Assembly (NCBI RefSeq): GCF_009834535.1
Contig: NC_045697.1
Location: 25,546,001-25,610,000 of the forward strand
Source of the DNA: Camelus ferus
Lineage: Eukaryota
Direction: 5' to 3'
Length of the DNA stretch: 64,000 nucleotides
In this document: one piece after another, positions 51,268 to 64,000 of the stretch
Layout: every line of letters begins with the position of its first letter
Numbering within the stretch: the stretch's first letter is position 1
Made by a program: the position numbers and the translations under genes
The notes under the pieces: generated by a model
Database searches by the model: none
Told to the model about the DNA's origin: nothing
The model's input: the letters and a program-made list of their open reading frames with translations, nothing else

Positions 51268-53414
51268 TCCAGCAAATGTTTATTAATAAAGAAAATGATA
51301 TTCTTGGTTGGAGAAACCAGTTCAATGAAATTTCATTTACTTTCATTATTGAAAATAGTAACTCCCTTATTTGGAATAATTAAATCAGCATCAAAATACT
51401 TCACACTTAAAAATGTGTCATCCTTTTAATCTCCATACAAAGCTGAATGCAATTTGAAATACTGATACATCCCCCAACCTGGATTCAAGGATGGTTGACA
51501 AAGTTTAGGAAACACAAACTTTGTCTTCTTTCCAATTTTACTTTGCCCCTGCTCTGCTTGCTTTTTTGTTAACAAAAGATACATATGAAACACATCACAG
51601 TAGGTATGTGATACACATTTTGACATTAAAAATAAAACTCTGTGAATCATTAATTAAAATCAACAATATCAAACATCTCTCCAGCTTTCTTGTTGCATTT
51701 TCTTTCTTTTCAATTTCCCTTTTGAAAATATATCAATATAAGTAAAGTATGAGTAATTATGAATAAATAATAATCATTTTAATATTAATGATTATTTCTA
51801 TATATTCAGCAATTAAAGGAGATATGCCATGTTCCTCAAGCCTCTAAATAGTACATACTGACAAATTACAGTGGTGCTGTGATGAACAAAAGTATCCAGA
51901 AGATGCTAACTGTAACAAATTATAGCACTGTTCTTAAAAAAATTTGAAGGAACTTCAGCTACTGTTTAATAGTCATTTAAAAGGTAAAGTGTTCACTTTT
52001 GGAAATTTGACAAGACAGCTAAGCTATTCTTGGTTTTAAATTACTTGGACCCCATTTTCCTTCTTATTCTAATAAGCTGATGTCAAAATATGTAAAAACA
52101 GCATAGACATTAATGCTAATAATTGGTTCCTAGAATTGGTGACAAAGAAAGATATGAATTTGTATTCAGCCACAATGTTAACAGAACACTGTTATTTTGG
52201 ATTTGTTTGTTTGTTTGTAGAGCTAATTTCAGAAGATAGCCTGATGTACTTATACTGGTATAGATTCATCAGGAAAGATAATGGCCAACCTACCACCATC
52301 TCCTTAAGTATAAACAGTACAGTCATAGTAGATGCTTACCAAGATTCTAGGCACTTTTCAGCTATTTTAAGCAAAGAGTACTATCTTATGACTCAGACGG
52401 AAGACTCCTGAAAAGTAGCATTTTCTCATTACTCAGAATTCTTAGAGACATTTTCTTAAATGAATTGTATTAATTAGAGTCACTGCATTATTAGGTTTGA
52501 GGGCAGACAAAAATGTGTATTGTTTTATTTCCTAACATTTTCATCCACAAAAGATTCTTCTTTATTTAAAAATAAAGTCTTAATAATTTTGAAAGGACAT
52601 AGAAATTGGACATTTGTGCAAGAATAAATGAGAAAAGCAGATTTTGGTGCCGCACATGTTTTTGCAAAAATTGCATAAAGTTACCCCTTGTCGTCAAGCA
52701 TTTTTTTTCCCTGGGACCAGCATCTCCTGCTTAAGTGAAGTAAGGGTATTTATATGTTGTTCTTGCTTTTTTGTTTTGTTGTTTGTTTTGTGTTTTTTTT
52801 TAAGACAGTAAAATCTATCATGAGCTCGAAATGAACCAATATAACTTGCAAATTATTTCAGCTGTAAGAGAAGAAACTCCTCTCTTACTCTCACCTGCAT
52901 TGAAAATAACCAACAGAGCTAATAGAATAATTAATAGAGAAATAACTAATAGAACAGCACAATTCTGCTGGTACCAGAAGAAAAAGCTCTGTAAATCCCA
53001 TGCAATGGTCAACATGTACTACTTACTTATCATCCGGGCAAAGGTGCATTGCTTTCTCTAGTGCTCAGAGCCATCTCTTGAGAAGTGGTTATATCTTCGT
53101 TGTTAAAGTAAAATCATTGAAGTTCATTCAGGTGCATTGTGCAGCTTACTCAGCAAGCAGGAGAAAAAAGAGAATTCAAACCCAAACCTGCTGATTTCTC
53201 AACTCTATGTAAGCTTTCATGTCCCTAACATGAATAAGAGAATAGGTGTGATGAATATAAATTTCTGAAGAGGATCAAGCATCTTAGGAAAGATGATTTA
53301 CCATCTGAGGCAGAAGAATGGGGGATTGAGAGACGCTCAAATTATGGGACTTTCAGAATCGCAACAGTGCCAGCTGACCAATGACATTTCTGATGCGTTC
53401 ATTGCAAAATATTC

Positions 53415-53453
53415 TGTCTCTCTCTCTCTCTCTGTCTCTCTCTCTCTCTCTCT
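53415..53453. repeat. (TC)n microsatellite
   Basis: Read directly. Confidence 0.9.
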
Positions 53454-56400
53454 ATCCAAACTCCCTCAGCTTTGGCTGCTCTGAATCTTTTTTGTTTTAA
53501 TGATACCATAAAAAGTCTCCAAGCATATGTGGTCATGTGCACAAAATAGACTCCATTTTTAATGTCTTCTGGCCAGGGTCAATATAGCCTCCACTAACAG
53601 ACCACTTGAGCTCATACTGACCCATATTCCTCTTGAAGACTGTACAGTGGAGCCACGGTAGTGTCATGGCAGGATCATGGATTTGCTCTCCCTTGTTCTG
53701 ATTGAACCTGACTTTCCTTAAATCTGCCAAGCATCAGTTTTACCATCTTTAAATATGTTATGACACTATTTCAAAGGATTGTTGCAAGAATTGAAGATGA
53801 TATTCACTAAACAAATAGTTCATAAGCTATGTTTAATAAAATGTTCATGAAATTTCCATGTTCAATCCAGCTTTTTCCTATTTGTCCACCATTCTTTCCA
53901 AGGACTGTCATTTTTTTTTTTTGAGCCATAATTCAGGATAATGTCAAAAACACTAGATTTTTTGCTGAAAGAAAGACCTCTTGCCGTGGTGACAATATGT
54001 CATGTTTCCTTTATGTACAGCGTGCCCACTTTATTCATAGTCTCTGTCTTTGGGAGACCCACGGGCACATTAAAATCATTGATTCTTTTCTTTAGAATTA
54101 GTTGTAATGTGTCTCATTGTGTCCCTCAGTGTTATAATGCACAAATAACTTTATAGTATATGTGCACATCCCTCACACTCCTTAAGTCCACCACATCCAG
54201 AGAATGAGTAGGGTTCAAAAATAGCTTACGGTCATTTCCCAAAGCTCATTTCCCAAAACCATGGTATTGTGCATTCATTGACAAAATTGAAATTACATAT
54301 TTCACTTCTTATTAGATAATGACTCTTTTGTTCTTCTTTCTTCTCCAGCATCCATTCTGTTAGAAGAAATCTTGTCTTGCCTGGTACTTTCGCAGTTAAA
54401 GCTGATGCATTCGGTACAGACTGTCCAAGTCATTTTATCTTTACTTACAAAGGAAACCTACTGGGTGATGGAACGATGCTTTATAACACTAACAGTGCAC
54501 TTCATTTGTAGTTATTAAACACTCAGCAGGCTCCTCACTACACTGACATTTGTTCCCCAGTCAAGACTCCTGTTTGACATGGTCCCACTGTGTTAGGTGC
54601 CATTTACTGAAAATGAGAATTCAGCTTGGATAATTAATAAATGTCACGATGCTCTCAAACAAACGCATAACTTGATATATGAGAAATAAAATGCACAATC
54701 CAAGGACAAACAACACAACTTTCTTGTTTGGCTTGTTAAAGTTTATAAATGCTTAAGTGGACATCTGGCCCTGTCTTTTTCTCAGGACAAGAAGCTGCTC
54801 TGAAAAATCCCCAAAGGATGGTGAGATGGTATGAGTTTGGGCTAGCATACCAAGGGACAGGAACTTGCAGGTTACTAGGTTATGAATTTTACACTAATAT
54901 GAAGCTCTACCTCTGACACACTGTGCGCCTTTGGACATGTTATTTGACCTCTGTAAGTCTCTAGTCTCAACATCTGTAAAATAGGTATAGAAATGCATCT
55001 AGTCCTTCCCAAAGTGTAGCTAGCAAACCAACGGTGGAGCAAGAGATTATTTTAGAAGACATATTAATAACCTTCTAAAATTTTCATATTTGTTTTATAT
55101 TAATCAGGATTAGGAAACAATATGACTAGCCATACCATACCCATTCTGTCAAGGGTAATAATTTTCAACAGGAGGCTAAAGTTAGTAGGAAAAAAAAAAG
55201 TAGGCTAAAGTAACTAAGTAAAGTAAGTAGGAAGTCTACGTGAACTTTTAAAAAATATACTAAGTACATAATAGTAGAGGTGACCTACGGAAATGGAAAA
55301 TTCACTGCATTTGTTCATGGCAATTTATTATGAAGCTTTTGAAAACTTTCTGGCATAACAAAAATTGTTATTGTTGCTGTGTGTGGTGGTGGTGGTGGTG
55401 GTGATAGTAGGGAAGTAGTAGGAATAGGACATTGAGGGAAAGTCTGCTTCCAGTTACTGGTTTTGTTTCTGATTTTTGTTTTGTTTTCTTTCTACCCACT
55501 TATTCCTTGCAGAAGATTCAAAATAATCCTACAATATCATAACAAAAAATAAAAAAGCTATATTTTACACGTTAAATTCCTTCATATCTGATGACTCATT
55601 GCCACCCGTATGCACAACTCCAAGCTCCCGACCACACACAGCTGCCAAGCTATCCTGTCCAAGAGGCTTAAATGGACAGTTAACTCCCAGGGCTAAAGCA
55701 GCTCAAGAGAAAGGCTGAAATTCTAAATGATATGCTTCATATATAAAAACTTTTTAGTCCAAAAGAGTTTTTTTTGGTCACCTATCATTTCATTTGATTT
55801 TTACAATGATAATAGAGGAAGACAGGTAATAATATGCCCATTTCTAACAAACGAGAAAAATGAGACCTGGTGGAATTAAATGCATTACCAAAATTTACAC
55901 AAGTTGTGTTGGAAAAAGAATTCTCTCTCATTTTAAGGGAAAAGTAATGCTAGAGTTTTATTTGCAATAGAACAGCTAGAAAAAAGTTGAAAAATAACCT
56001 AGAAAGATTTTATATTTTAACAGCAATTTTTTCCTTAAGTTTAATTTCTTTGTCGAAAAACAAAATTTTATTTTGAAGATGAATATATTTTTACAAGTGG
56101 ACAACGGTCTGTGATACAAATACAGTCTGAAAGTAAATTTTTTTTTCAGGAGCAATGGAACAAAGCAATTAGAGCACTGAATCTTAGATTTCACAGGATT
56201 CTTAGAGAACTTATAGACCCATACTTCAAATTACATTAGCAAATACTAAGAATTATTTAATTTTTATTGAATTAATTAAATTGCATAAAATTAGGTGCAT
56301 CCTGAGCAAATAGTGTTTGCAGCTTTGCCCCTTTGCTACCCAGTCAGCCTGAGATCCTTACGCGCATGAACAAATAGCTGTCATTAGTATACCTCACTTT

Positions 56401-57151
56401 TCCCCAAGGAAGAGGAAGAGATAGTTTGGTTGAATTAGCTGAGAGGCCAAAAGATTAATTCAAGTATCTAAACATTCATTCTTCACGGATAAGTAATTCC
56501 TCACATTATGCTATGGCATTGATCTGAGTGATGGTCCCTTGTTTAACCTAATTAATTCCTCCTATCCCACCTTTACACCTGTTGCTTGAGGAACATTCAG
56601 AGGAGGGCCCCAAGACTTTCCATTTTTGAAGATTATCCAGTTTTTGTATGTTTGCATTTTACATATCTATATATACATATTTAAGATTAAGTTTCACTAC
56701 TTCATCTACCCTGCAAACATGTTCACCTTTTGTGATAATATCTTTAGATGATTTTCTCCAACACATAAAGCCAGGAAGCTCTTCCTTTTGAGGCTAGGAT
56801 CTTGAAGCTGCATTCACCTTCTCCATTTTCAAAACCGAATATCATTAAGTATTCGAAGAACCTTAGGCAGATGACATCAATCCATCCTCCTTTAAGCAAG
56901 AATGGAACTAAATTATTAAATACAAAATTTTAGCTTCAAAAGGACACAATTATAATAAGAACTACATTTACTGTGAGCTACGATGTGCTAGATACTACTC
57001 TAAGAACTTCACATAATTTAACATAACATCAGTAAGTAAGTACTCTTATTATCTACATTTTATTGATATGGTTACATGATTCAGTTGAATAAATATAGTA
57101 CAATATGGTTAAATGATTTACCTAATATTTCATACTTGTTGAGTGCTAAGT

Positions 57152-57660
57152 TATCATAGGCAGGATTACTACCTGCAGATACCCATGTTCTACTCCCTGG
57201 AACCAGTAAACAAATATTACACAGGTGACAAGGGGGAGACTTGATATCGTACAGAATTGATGGGGCTAATAGGCTGACTTTAAGATACGGAGAAGATCCT
57301 GGATTATTCAGGGGGACTCAGTATAATCACAAGGATCCTTACAAGCAGCAGGAGGCAGAAGAAAAGTCAGTGTCAGAGTGATGCCACGTGAGAGTTAACC
57401 AGCCATTCCTAGTTTAGAACATGGAAGGTGGCCATGAGCCAAGGCATGCAGGCAGCCTCTATAAGCTGGAAAAACCTCAAATATGGATTTTCCCCTCCAG
57501 CCTCCAGGAGCAATGTTGCCCTGCTAGGACATTGATTTTAACCCATGGAGACCCATGCCAGACATCTGATCTCCAGAACTGTCTGATAATAAATTTGTGT
57601 TGTTTTAAGCCACTAAAATTGTGATAATTTGATATAGCAGGAATAGAAAGCTACCATGCA
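57152..57660 (+). mobile_element. MLT1D-like LTR next to a MIR remnant
   Basis: ggagaagatcctggattattc...ggccatgagccaaggcatgcaggcagcctcta...aataaatttgtgttgttttaagccactaa; MIR (-) at about 56950-57150. Confidence 0.9.
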
Positions 57661-58984
57661 GGTTAAGAACTGCATTTATTTATACTCTCATTCATTCATG
57701 AAATCTTTAAGTTTCTGTAATATGTCAGGAACTCTTCTAGTTCCTTGGGATACACCAGTGGACAAAACAGGTAAAATACATTTTCATGTGTCTTATATTT
57801 TGTTGAATATGAGGCGGGAATGAGGCCAACTGCAGTCAAGTATTCATGCTATGTTATCCTGTCTCTGAATAAATGTTGGAAAGAATGTAGTCCCCACCTA
57901 AAACTTAGCAGTTGTATTAAGAATACACACACACACATATATATATAATATATAATATATATATACATTTTTTTAAGCAGTAGAAATGTATTTATATCTT
58001 ATTAAGATACACTTAGAATCTCCTATCAAGACATATTTACAATCCCTGGTTTAACCCACCGATTTTTGTTCTATTTGGTTTCTGCTGAAGCAGGTACCAG
58101 GGATAGAAAGAAACTTTTAAACATTATCATGGCTCAAATTGATTTTAATAGATAGCTCTAATAAATTTAGTTTATTCGAATATAGCATGACAGAGCATCT
58201 AAACCATTGATTCTTATGAAGACATAAAATCCTAGCTTTTGAAAATTTGGAGGAAATACATCAATATGATAATGCAAAGATGAATACTGAGCTTCTTAAA
58301 TACCAGGAAAACATCAAAACATATCTTGTTGATAAATTTGATGAAACTATTATATTTTAAATATTAAAAAAGTGATGAAATGTCATCCTGAGGCAGTTAT
58401 CTGATGGGTCTTGCTGTTAGACATTCTGCAGACCTCATAAATCATGAGTCCAATTTTAACTACACCTAAATTCCTATAGATTTATCCATTTTTTCCATAT
58501 ATGCCATGAAAATTGCTGTGTGTTTGAAAAATTTACACCATTCAATAAGTGGAAATATATTTTATGGAAGGAGGAGAAACTGATAGAAGATAGATTCATG
58601 AAAGACATGGGAATAGCACAAGGCATAAACAACCACAAGTGTTTGAGGCTTTTCTCTGAGCTCACACAAATTTGCAGTCCTTTGAAAATAATGCTTATTG
58701 TCTTGAGTGTTTAGCACTCATAGCTTTTAGCTGAAATAAAAAAATGAAAATGGAAAGAAAAAACCACCCTAGGATTCTCTTTTTGAGCATTTTTCCTGTA
58801 GAGATTCATTGTTTAAAATTGAGGAAAAAAATACATTTACACAATTTTAGTAACCAAAATTTAACATAAAAACATAGTTTGCAAATTACTAAATAGGTAT
58901 CTGACTCTTTAAATAAATGATAAACTTTTATAGTGATTTTCTTTTTAATTCTACGAGGTTTGTTCTTTCTCTGTTTGCAGTGCA

Positions 58985-59172
58985 CAGTTGACCCTTGAAC
59001 AACACAGGTTTGAACCAGCAGGCTGAACTTGGTGCAGTTAATTTTCAGTAGTCAGAATTACAGCACTACATGGTCTGTGGTTAGTTGCATCCACAAATGC
59101 CGGGCAACAGTGGATACAGGCCAACTGTAAGTTATATTCTAATTCACTCCCTTGCTGTCCAAGGATTAACTG
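58985..59172 (+). mobile_element. Tigger2a-like MITE
   Basis: Terminal inverted repeats cagttgacccttgaaca ... tgtccaaggattaactg, followed by TA. Confidence 0.85.
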
Positions 59173-59271
59173 TATATTTAATGATTAGGTGTCAACCACT
59201 GTGAAAATGCTGGAGAACAAAAGAGTGGCGCAGTCTTTGCAGTCTTTATGCTTTGGGAGTTTGGTCCAGTA

Positions 59272-59549
59272 CAGTGGTTTTTAAACAGCGTATGTGTGTC
59301 GTGGGGGGAGAGACTTTTGATTTCCAGCCACCTCCCTACTCCCCACCCCTCACCCTCCACCCAGGGGAATTTGGCAGTATCTGGGGATATTTCTTCTTAT
59401 TGCAACTTGAGGGAAGAGAAGGTGCTACAATCAGGTAGTGAGTACATGCTAGGAGTGCTGTTAAACATCCCACAGTTCATAGAACAGGCTCCCACAACAA
59501 ATAATGATCCAACCCAAAATGTCAACGGGGCTAAGGTTGGGAGACTCTG
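59272..59549 (+). mobile_element. MER20-like hAT element
   Basis: cagtggtttttaaac...ccaggggaatttggcagtatctgg...cccacaacaaataatgatccaacccaaaatgtcaac...gctaaggttgggagactctg. Confidence 0.85.
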
Positions 59550-59889
59550 ACTGCAGAGCAATACGTGACTGAAAGTCAGAGTTAGGTCTAGGAATACAAA
59601 AGAACCTTGGAGATGCTCTTTCCAAGGATATCACCTAAAACACACCTAATTCTGACTAGTTATTGTGGGCTTAGATTAAGAATAAAAGATAGGGGGCATT
59701 GGATTAAGACACCTGGACTCAATTCTTCTATCATTCATTTCTTCTTCTGTAAAATTGAGAACATAGAAAAAATAAAGGATTTTTCTGAGTCTAATGGAGA
59801 TAAAGTGTATAGTATGCCTGCTATATGGAGACATTCAATAAATTTCAATTAAATTACATTTTCATTTGTGTTCTGCCTAGAGCTTAGCA

Positions 59890-60360
59890 TGAGGTAAGCA
59901 CTTGGTTACAGGATTGTAGGTGACAGATTGGTATACGGGGGAGGTGATCCCCAGAGGCAGAAAGGAGACGGCTTTAGGAGAGAGAGTCAAAGAAGGAGGA
60001 TATGGCCATATAAGGATGTATTATTGAGTTTATTGACATCACTGCTGTGAGATAGAGAGGTTATGCTGGTGGTATCTTCCGAAAGCCTACAGACTTCTTC
60101 CCAGAGCTGTATATATTGGGAACAAAAGGGCAAGGATATTTATATCCAGAATGTTATTCACCCTTCCTTAGAAATTTCCCTAAGGATGTTTGCCTGGCCA
60201 TTCAGCCTTGCTTGCATAGAAGCTGAGGGCTGGATAAGCTCCCTGCTTTGGAGAAGCCCTAGGTTAAACAGTTGTCCTGACTACACTGAACAAGGGCTGT
60301 TGGCTTGGAGGGGTGAGGCTGAGCTCCCACTGAACTGCGTCTGCAACAGAAATCAGTTGT
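59890..60360. mobile_element. Old LTR remnant (ERVL/MaLR class, family uncertain)
   Basis: GC-richer block containing gggaggtgatccccagaggcag. Confidence 0.4.
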
Positions 60361-60404
60361 GACTTAAACTGTGGCAAGAGCAACAGAGATCTTTTTTTTA
60401 CCTC

Positions 60405-60645
60405 TTTAAAAAAAATTATAGTGGTAAAATAATACATAAAGTAAATTTACAATCTTAATATTTTTTAGTTATTATAAAATATCAACTATATTCCCCGTAT
60501 TGTACAATATATCCTTGTAGCTTATTTTATACATAACAGTTTGTACCTCTAACTCCCCTACCCGTATATTGCCCCTTCCCCTTCCCTTTCCCTGCTGGCA
60601 ATCACAGTGAGTTCTCTATATTTGTGAGTCTGCTTCTTTTTTGTG
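60405..60645 (-). mobile_element. L1 3'-end fragment
   Basis: tatattccccgtattgtacaatatatccttgtagcttattttatacataacagtttgtacctc...gttctctatatttgtgagtctg. Confidence 0.8.
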
Positions 60646-62384
60646 AGCACTAACTACACCTCCCATGGCAATTTATGATACAAACATCTTAAAATTGTAG
60701 TTCAAGACAAAGGCAGTCAGCACTTTGCAAACAAGGTGTATGGAAACAGGAGACACCCAAAAAGAATTGTTTCCCACAGTGGCTACTCAACACAGTATTA
60801 ATCCATTCTATTTTAAAAATACAATAATGTCTCAGGATGAGAATACAGTTGAATGTACCGGGTTTATAGTCAATTATATCAGAGATTATTTGAAGAATTA
60901 GAAAAAATGTTAACCAATTAATTTTAAATACCTGCTATACTTGATATTGGATGGAAAATGTTGGAAATTTTGTTATTGATACAATCAATAAGGTTAGCAG
61001 TGAATCTTAAAACTTAAATTTTATAGAGCTCTCTAAAATGTGACACACATGAAACAGCTTAAAATCAAAAGAAAAACAGTGATTTATAATAAGGATAAAC
61101 ACTGAAATCCATTGGAATAAAACTAGGGAAAAAAAGACTCCCCGGGTTTTCTCTCCACCTCTCACCTTGTTCCTCACAGCATCATTATTCTCTGACTCTG
61201 AGGACAGAAATTCTCTGCCTTTGTACTGTGCATAGAAAATGAAAGGTGCTCTTCTCACAATATCTAGTTACAGCAACCTGAGGAGAGACCTAGACTTTCC
61301 CTCCATATCAAAAATTCGGACACCTAGGGAAATAAATGATTTGGCCCACTCTGGGCTCATCAATTACACAAGGCTCAGGGATGTGGCACATGGTGGGATA
61401 CACTTCACATTGTTCAGAATGTAATCCAAGATTCTTTTTCTGTAATTTTGTGGATAAGGAAGAAGGAAACAGAGAAGGCAATTCTCAGAATGCAGGGTTG
61501 GCCAAATCTAATTATTGTCTTTCACATATTTCCACTGTTCCTTTTCATATACAATGATTCCTTTACAACTTGGACTATAGGAAGTAAAGCACACTCTTTA
61601 TCATGTTCCTGATACAGAGAGAGAGGAAAAAAAAGTGACTTAAGTCTCTGCTATCCTAAGTGGTTTTCCCTGGGATGAGAGAGTTCAACTGTCATTCTAA
61701 GTGACACACAATTTCTTATGTCTTAGACACTCTGTCGATCAGGATGTGAGTTATTAACAAGAACACCTAAAATGTAGAAAGCGTCTTTCAGTTTATAAAG
61801 ATTGATTCTCATAATATCGGTCTTTGTTAGTTTTGGTCAGCCTGAATGGTGGGTCATCTATTTAAAAATCTGATAACGGCAAAAAAAAAAAAACCCACTT
61901 ATAAACACAAACACTACAAACATGATAATAGTCTATCTAGTCAGTCTTAGGCAAGGTCACCTGTTTTAGTGAGCACATATTTACATGTTTAACACAGTGG
62001 AAAGGCATTGCTAGGCACAGTACCTACAGCATCAAATAGCTTCATCAAAATTTACTTTTGTATAAAATATTAACTACTGTTTTTCTACTTTTGCTATTAA
62101 GGACAAAGACATCCATATAGAAAATACTATCACATACTTCTGAAACAATTTCCAAATACATAAAGTACGGAATACATGGTTCAGATCTTTACCATTTTCA
62201 AAATCTAAAAGTTGCATAATTTGTTTAGTAAACGACCCATGCAGTATAATAGATGCTTGTAAGATAAGCTTTGAATTGTATTATGATCTTTTGAGTTGAA
62301 ATATACATTTATTATATATTTGGATAATTAATGATCCCTTGTGTACATAATGCTCAGTATTTGACTCCTTGGAATATATGTAAC

Positions 62385-62418
<34 letters not shown>

Positions 62419-62426
62419 TGTATATA
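62385..62426. repeat. (TA)n microsatellite
   Basis: Read directly. Confidence 0.9.
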
Positions 62427-64000
62427 AATGTCTATTCTCTCTTTTTTGCCTGCATTTAAGTGCATTTCTTTACCCCTCCAGCCTAAATGAGAAATGTCTC
62501 TTTTAAGATGAGTGACAATTACTCTGAAAAATACAGACCTCACTAAAATTGTCCAGCTAGAGGCATCAAAGGTGAAGGGGGCTTAGGTAAGTCGGGGAGA
62601 AATGGCCTTACAGTGTACTTTTAATTTTACATCTCTGCTTCGCCTTTTAATTCGCTCCCATGTGCTCATTGGTCCATTCAAAATCCTGATGATATGTTGA
62701 TTATAGTCACTTAAGAATTAAGCACCTGTCTCATGGTTCAGTGACTTGGAAAAACCACCATGGGTCGGAAAAACACTCAAAGAAACAAGCAAAGGCCTCC
62801 TTCTTCCTTTCTTTCACATTACATGAAAAACCTTCAGAGAACAATAGCAGATCTGTATTCTTGAAATTATATAGAAAGTTTAAAAGGAAATAAACAGAAC
62901 TACCTTCATGATGAATTCTGAACCACTAGCGGCACTGTAAAATCACATTACACAATACTCTTTTGCATACATTACGTAACACGATCAGTTGATGTAGAAA
63001 GAGGAGTCTCCTCCACTGAGGTAAATATAAGAATTGAGAAGAAACAGATGATGAGACACAAGACTTTTATTAGCATTTTATAATGTAAATTGCTTGGATT
63101 TTGTAACAAGGCATTGGAAAATAGTATATGATAAAAAATCTCTTAGGGCTTTCAGTAAAATAGAATTTTTCTGTGCTCGAGTACAAATGTGGAACTTCTA
63201 CTGACAGGGGAGGGGAGAAAGGCATCTGGGACTGAACTTCTCCCCATGGAAATAAAAGAACATTTGACTCTATAATGGAGTGGAATGGAATTTCAATAAC
63301 AGATCCCTTTTAGTGACTCTACTGGAAGCATAAATTTATAAATTTTACATAACTAGGATACTGTTTTAATATGCTTGAGCTGTTCCCTTATGCTAATTTT
63401 ACTGTCAATATTTTCCAGTTTTCTCTGTACCAATACCTTGCATTAAACCACTTTTTTCATTATCATTAGAACTGGCATATGTTACCCAGTATTTTGAAAG
63501 TCTCTCAGGCTCAGAAGAGACTGAAAAGTTATCTGATTTCTGGAAATCCATGGAGATGCTTGATACCTTTCTGGCACACAACCAGAATAAACTGCTTACT
63601 TGGCCATCTCTTCCTGATGTAGTGCATCCCATGATACTCACTGACATAATTCCATTATTGAGATGACAGATATTCTTTTACTCAATTCAGAAAAGTCAAA
63701 TTGGATTCAAGAGACTAGCATGAAAGTTTTAAAGTCTCTTCTACTCATGACATGAACCCAGACTTTATTTCTAAAATACAAAACGAAAACACTCTAACCA
63801 TACTGTTCTATTGACAGTATTCTATTCAAGTTATTTTGTCCACCATTCTACTAAATTCGATAACCTGGTAGTATATCCATCTTGGCTATTATGAGGCAAA
63901 CAACCAGACAGACATAGTTTATTTAAACCTAATCTTTTTATCAGACACAGTCCCTCACTCAATTTAATCTGTTAGTAGAATTCAGGATTACACAGTCTAC

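Noticed and set aside
1..64000. Prokaryote-type systems (CRISPR arrays, operons, defence islands)
   Set aside because: The sequence is mammalian; there are no spaced direct-repeat arrays or long ORFs.

Overview
AT-rich, CpG-depleted placental-mammal DNA, most likely camelid. That call rests on recalled family shapes: short tRNA-derived SINEs ending ...gagctataccctcccc and young L1 3' ends of the alpaca/camel type. Much of the window is interspersed repeats: old L1M, young 5'-truncated L1s with clean target-site duplications (TSDs), MIR/L2, MaLR and ERVL LTRs, ERVL internal remnants, Tigger/MER47, MER20 and microsatellites. I recognise no known gene, and most ORFs in the supplied track are chance or repeat-derived. 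Two exon chains not explained by repeats stand out. (1) A plus-strand chain of phase-compatible small exons (core 19661-20741, possible start at 14176) encodes a tail with ITIM-like LNYIEI, ITSM-like TQYNEV and terminal YCSV motifs, i.e. a candidate inhibitory signalling adaptor or receptor tail. (2) A divergent minus-strand chain (907-9447) keeps canonical splice sites but carries stop codons, i.e. a candidate decayed gene or lncRNA. Both were assembled by eye and need homology and RNA evidence. Repeat family names are recognised from memory, not from a database search.
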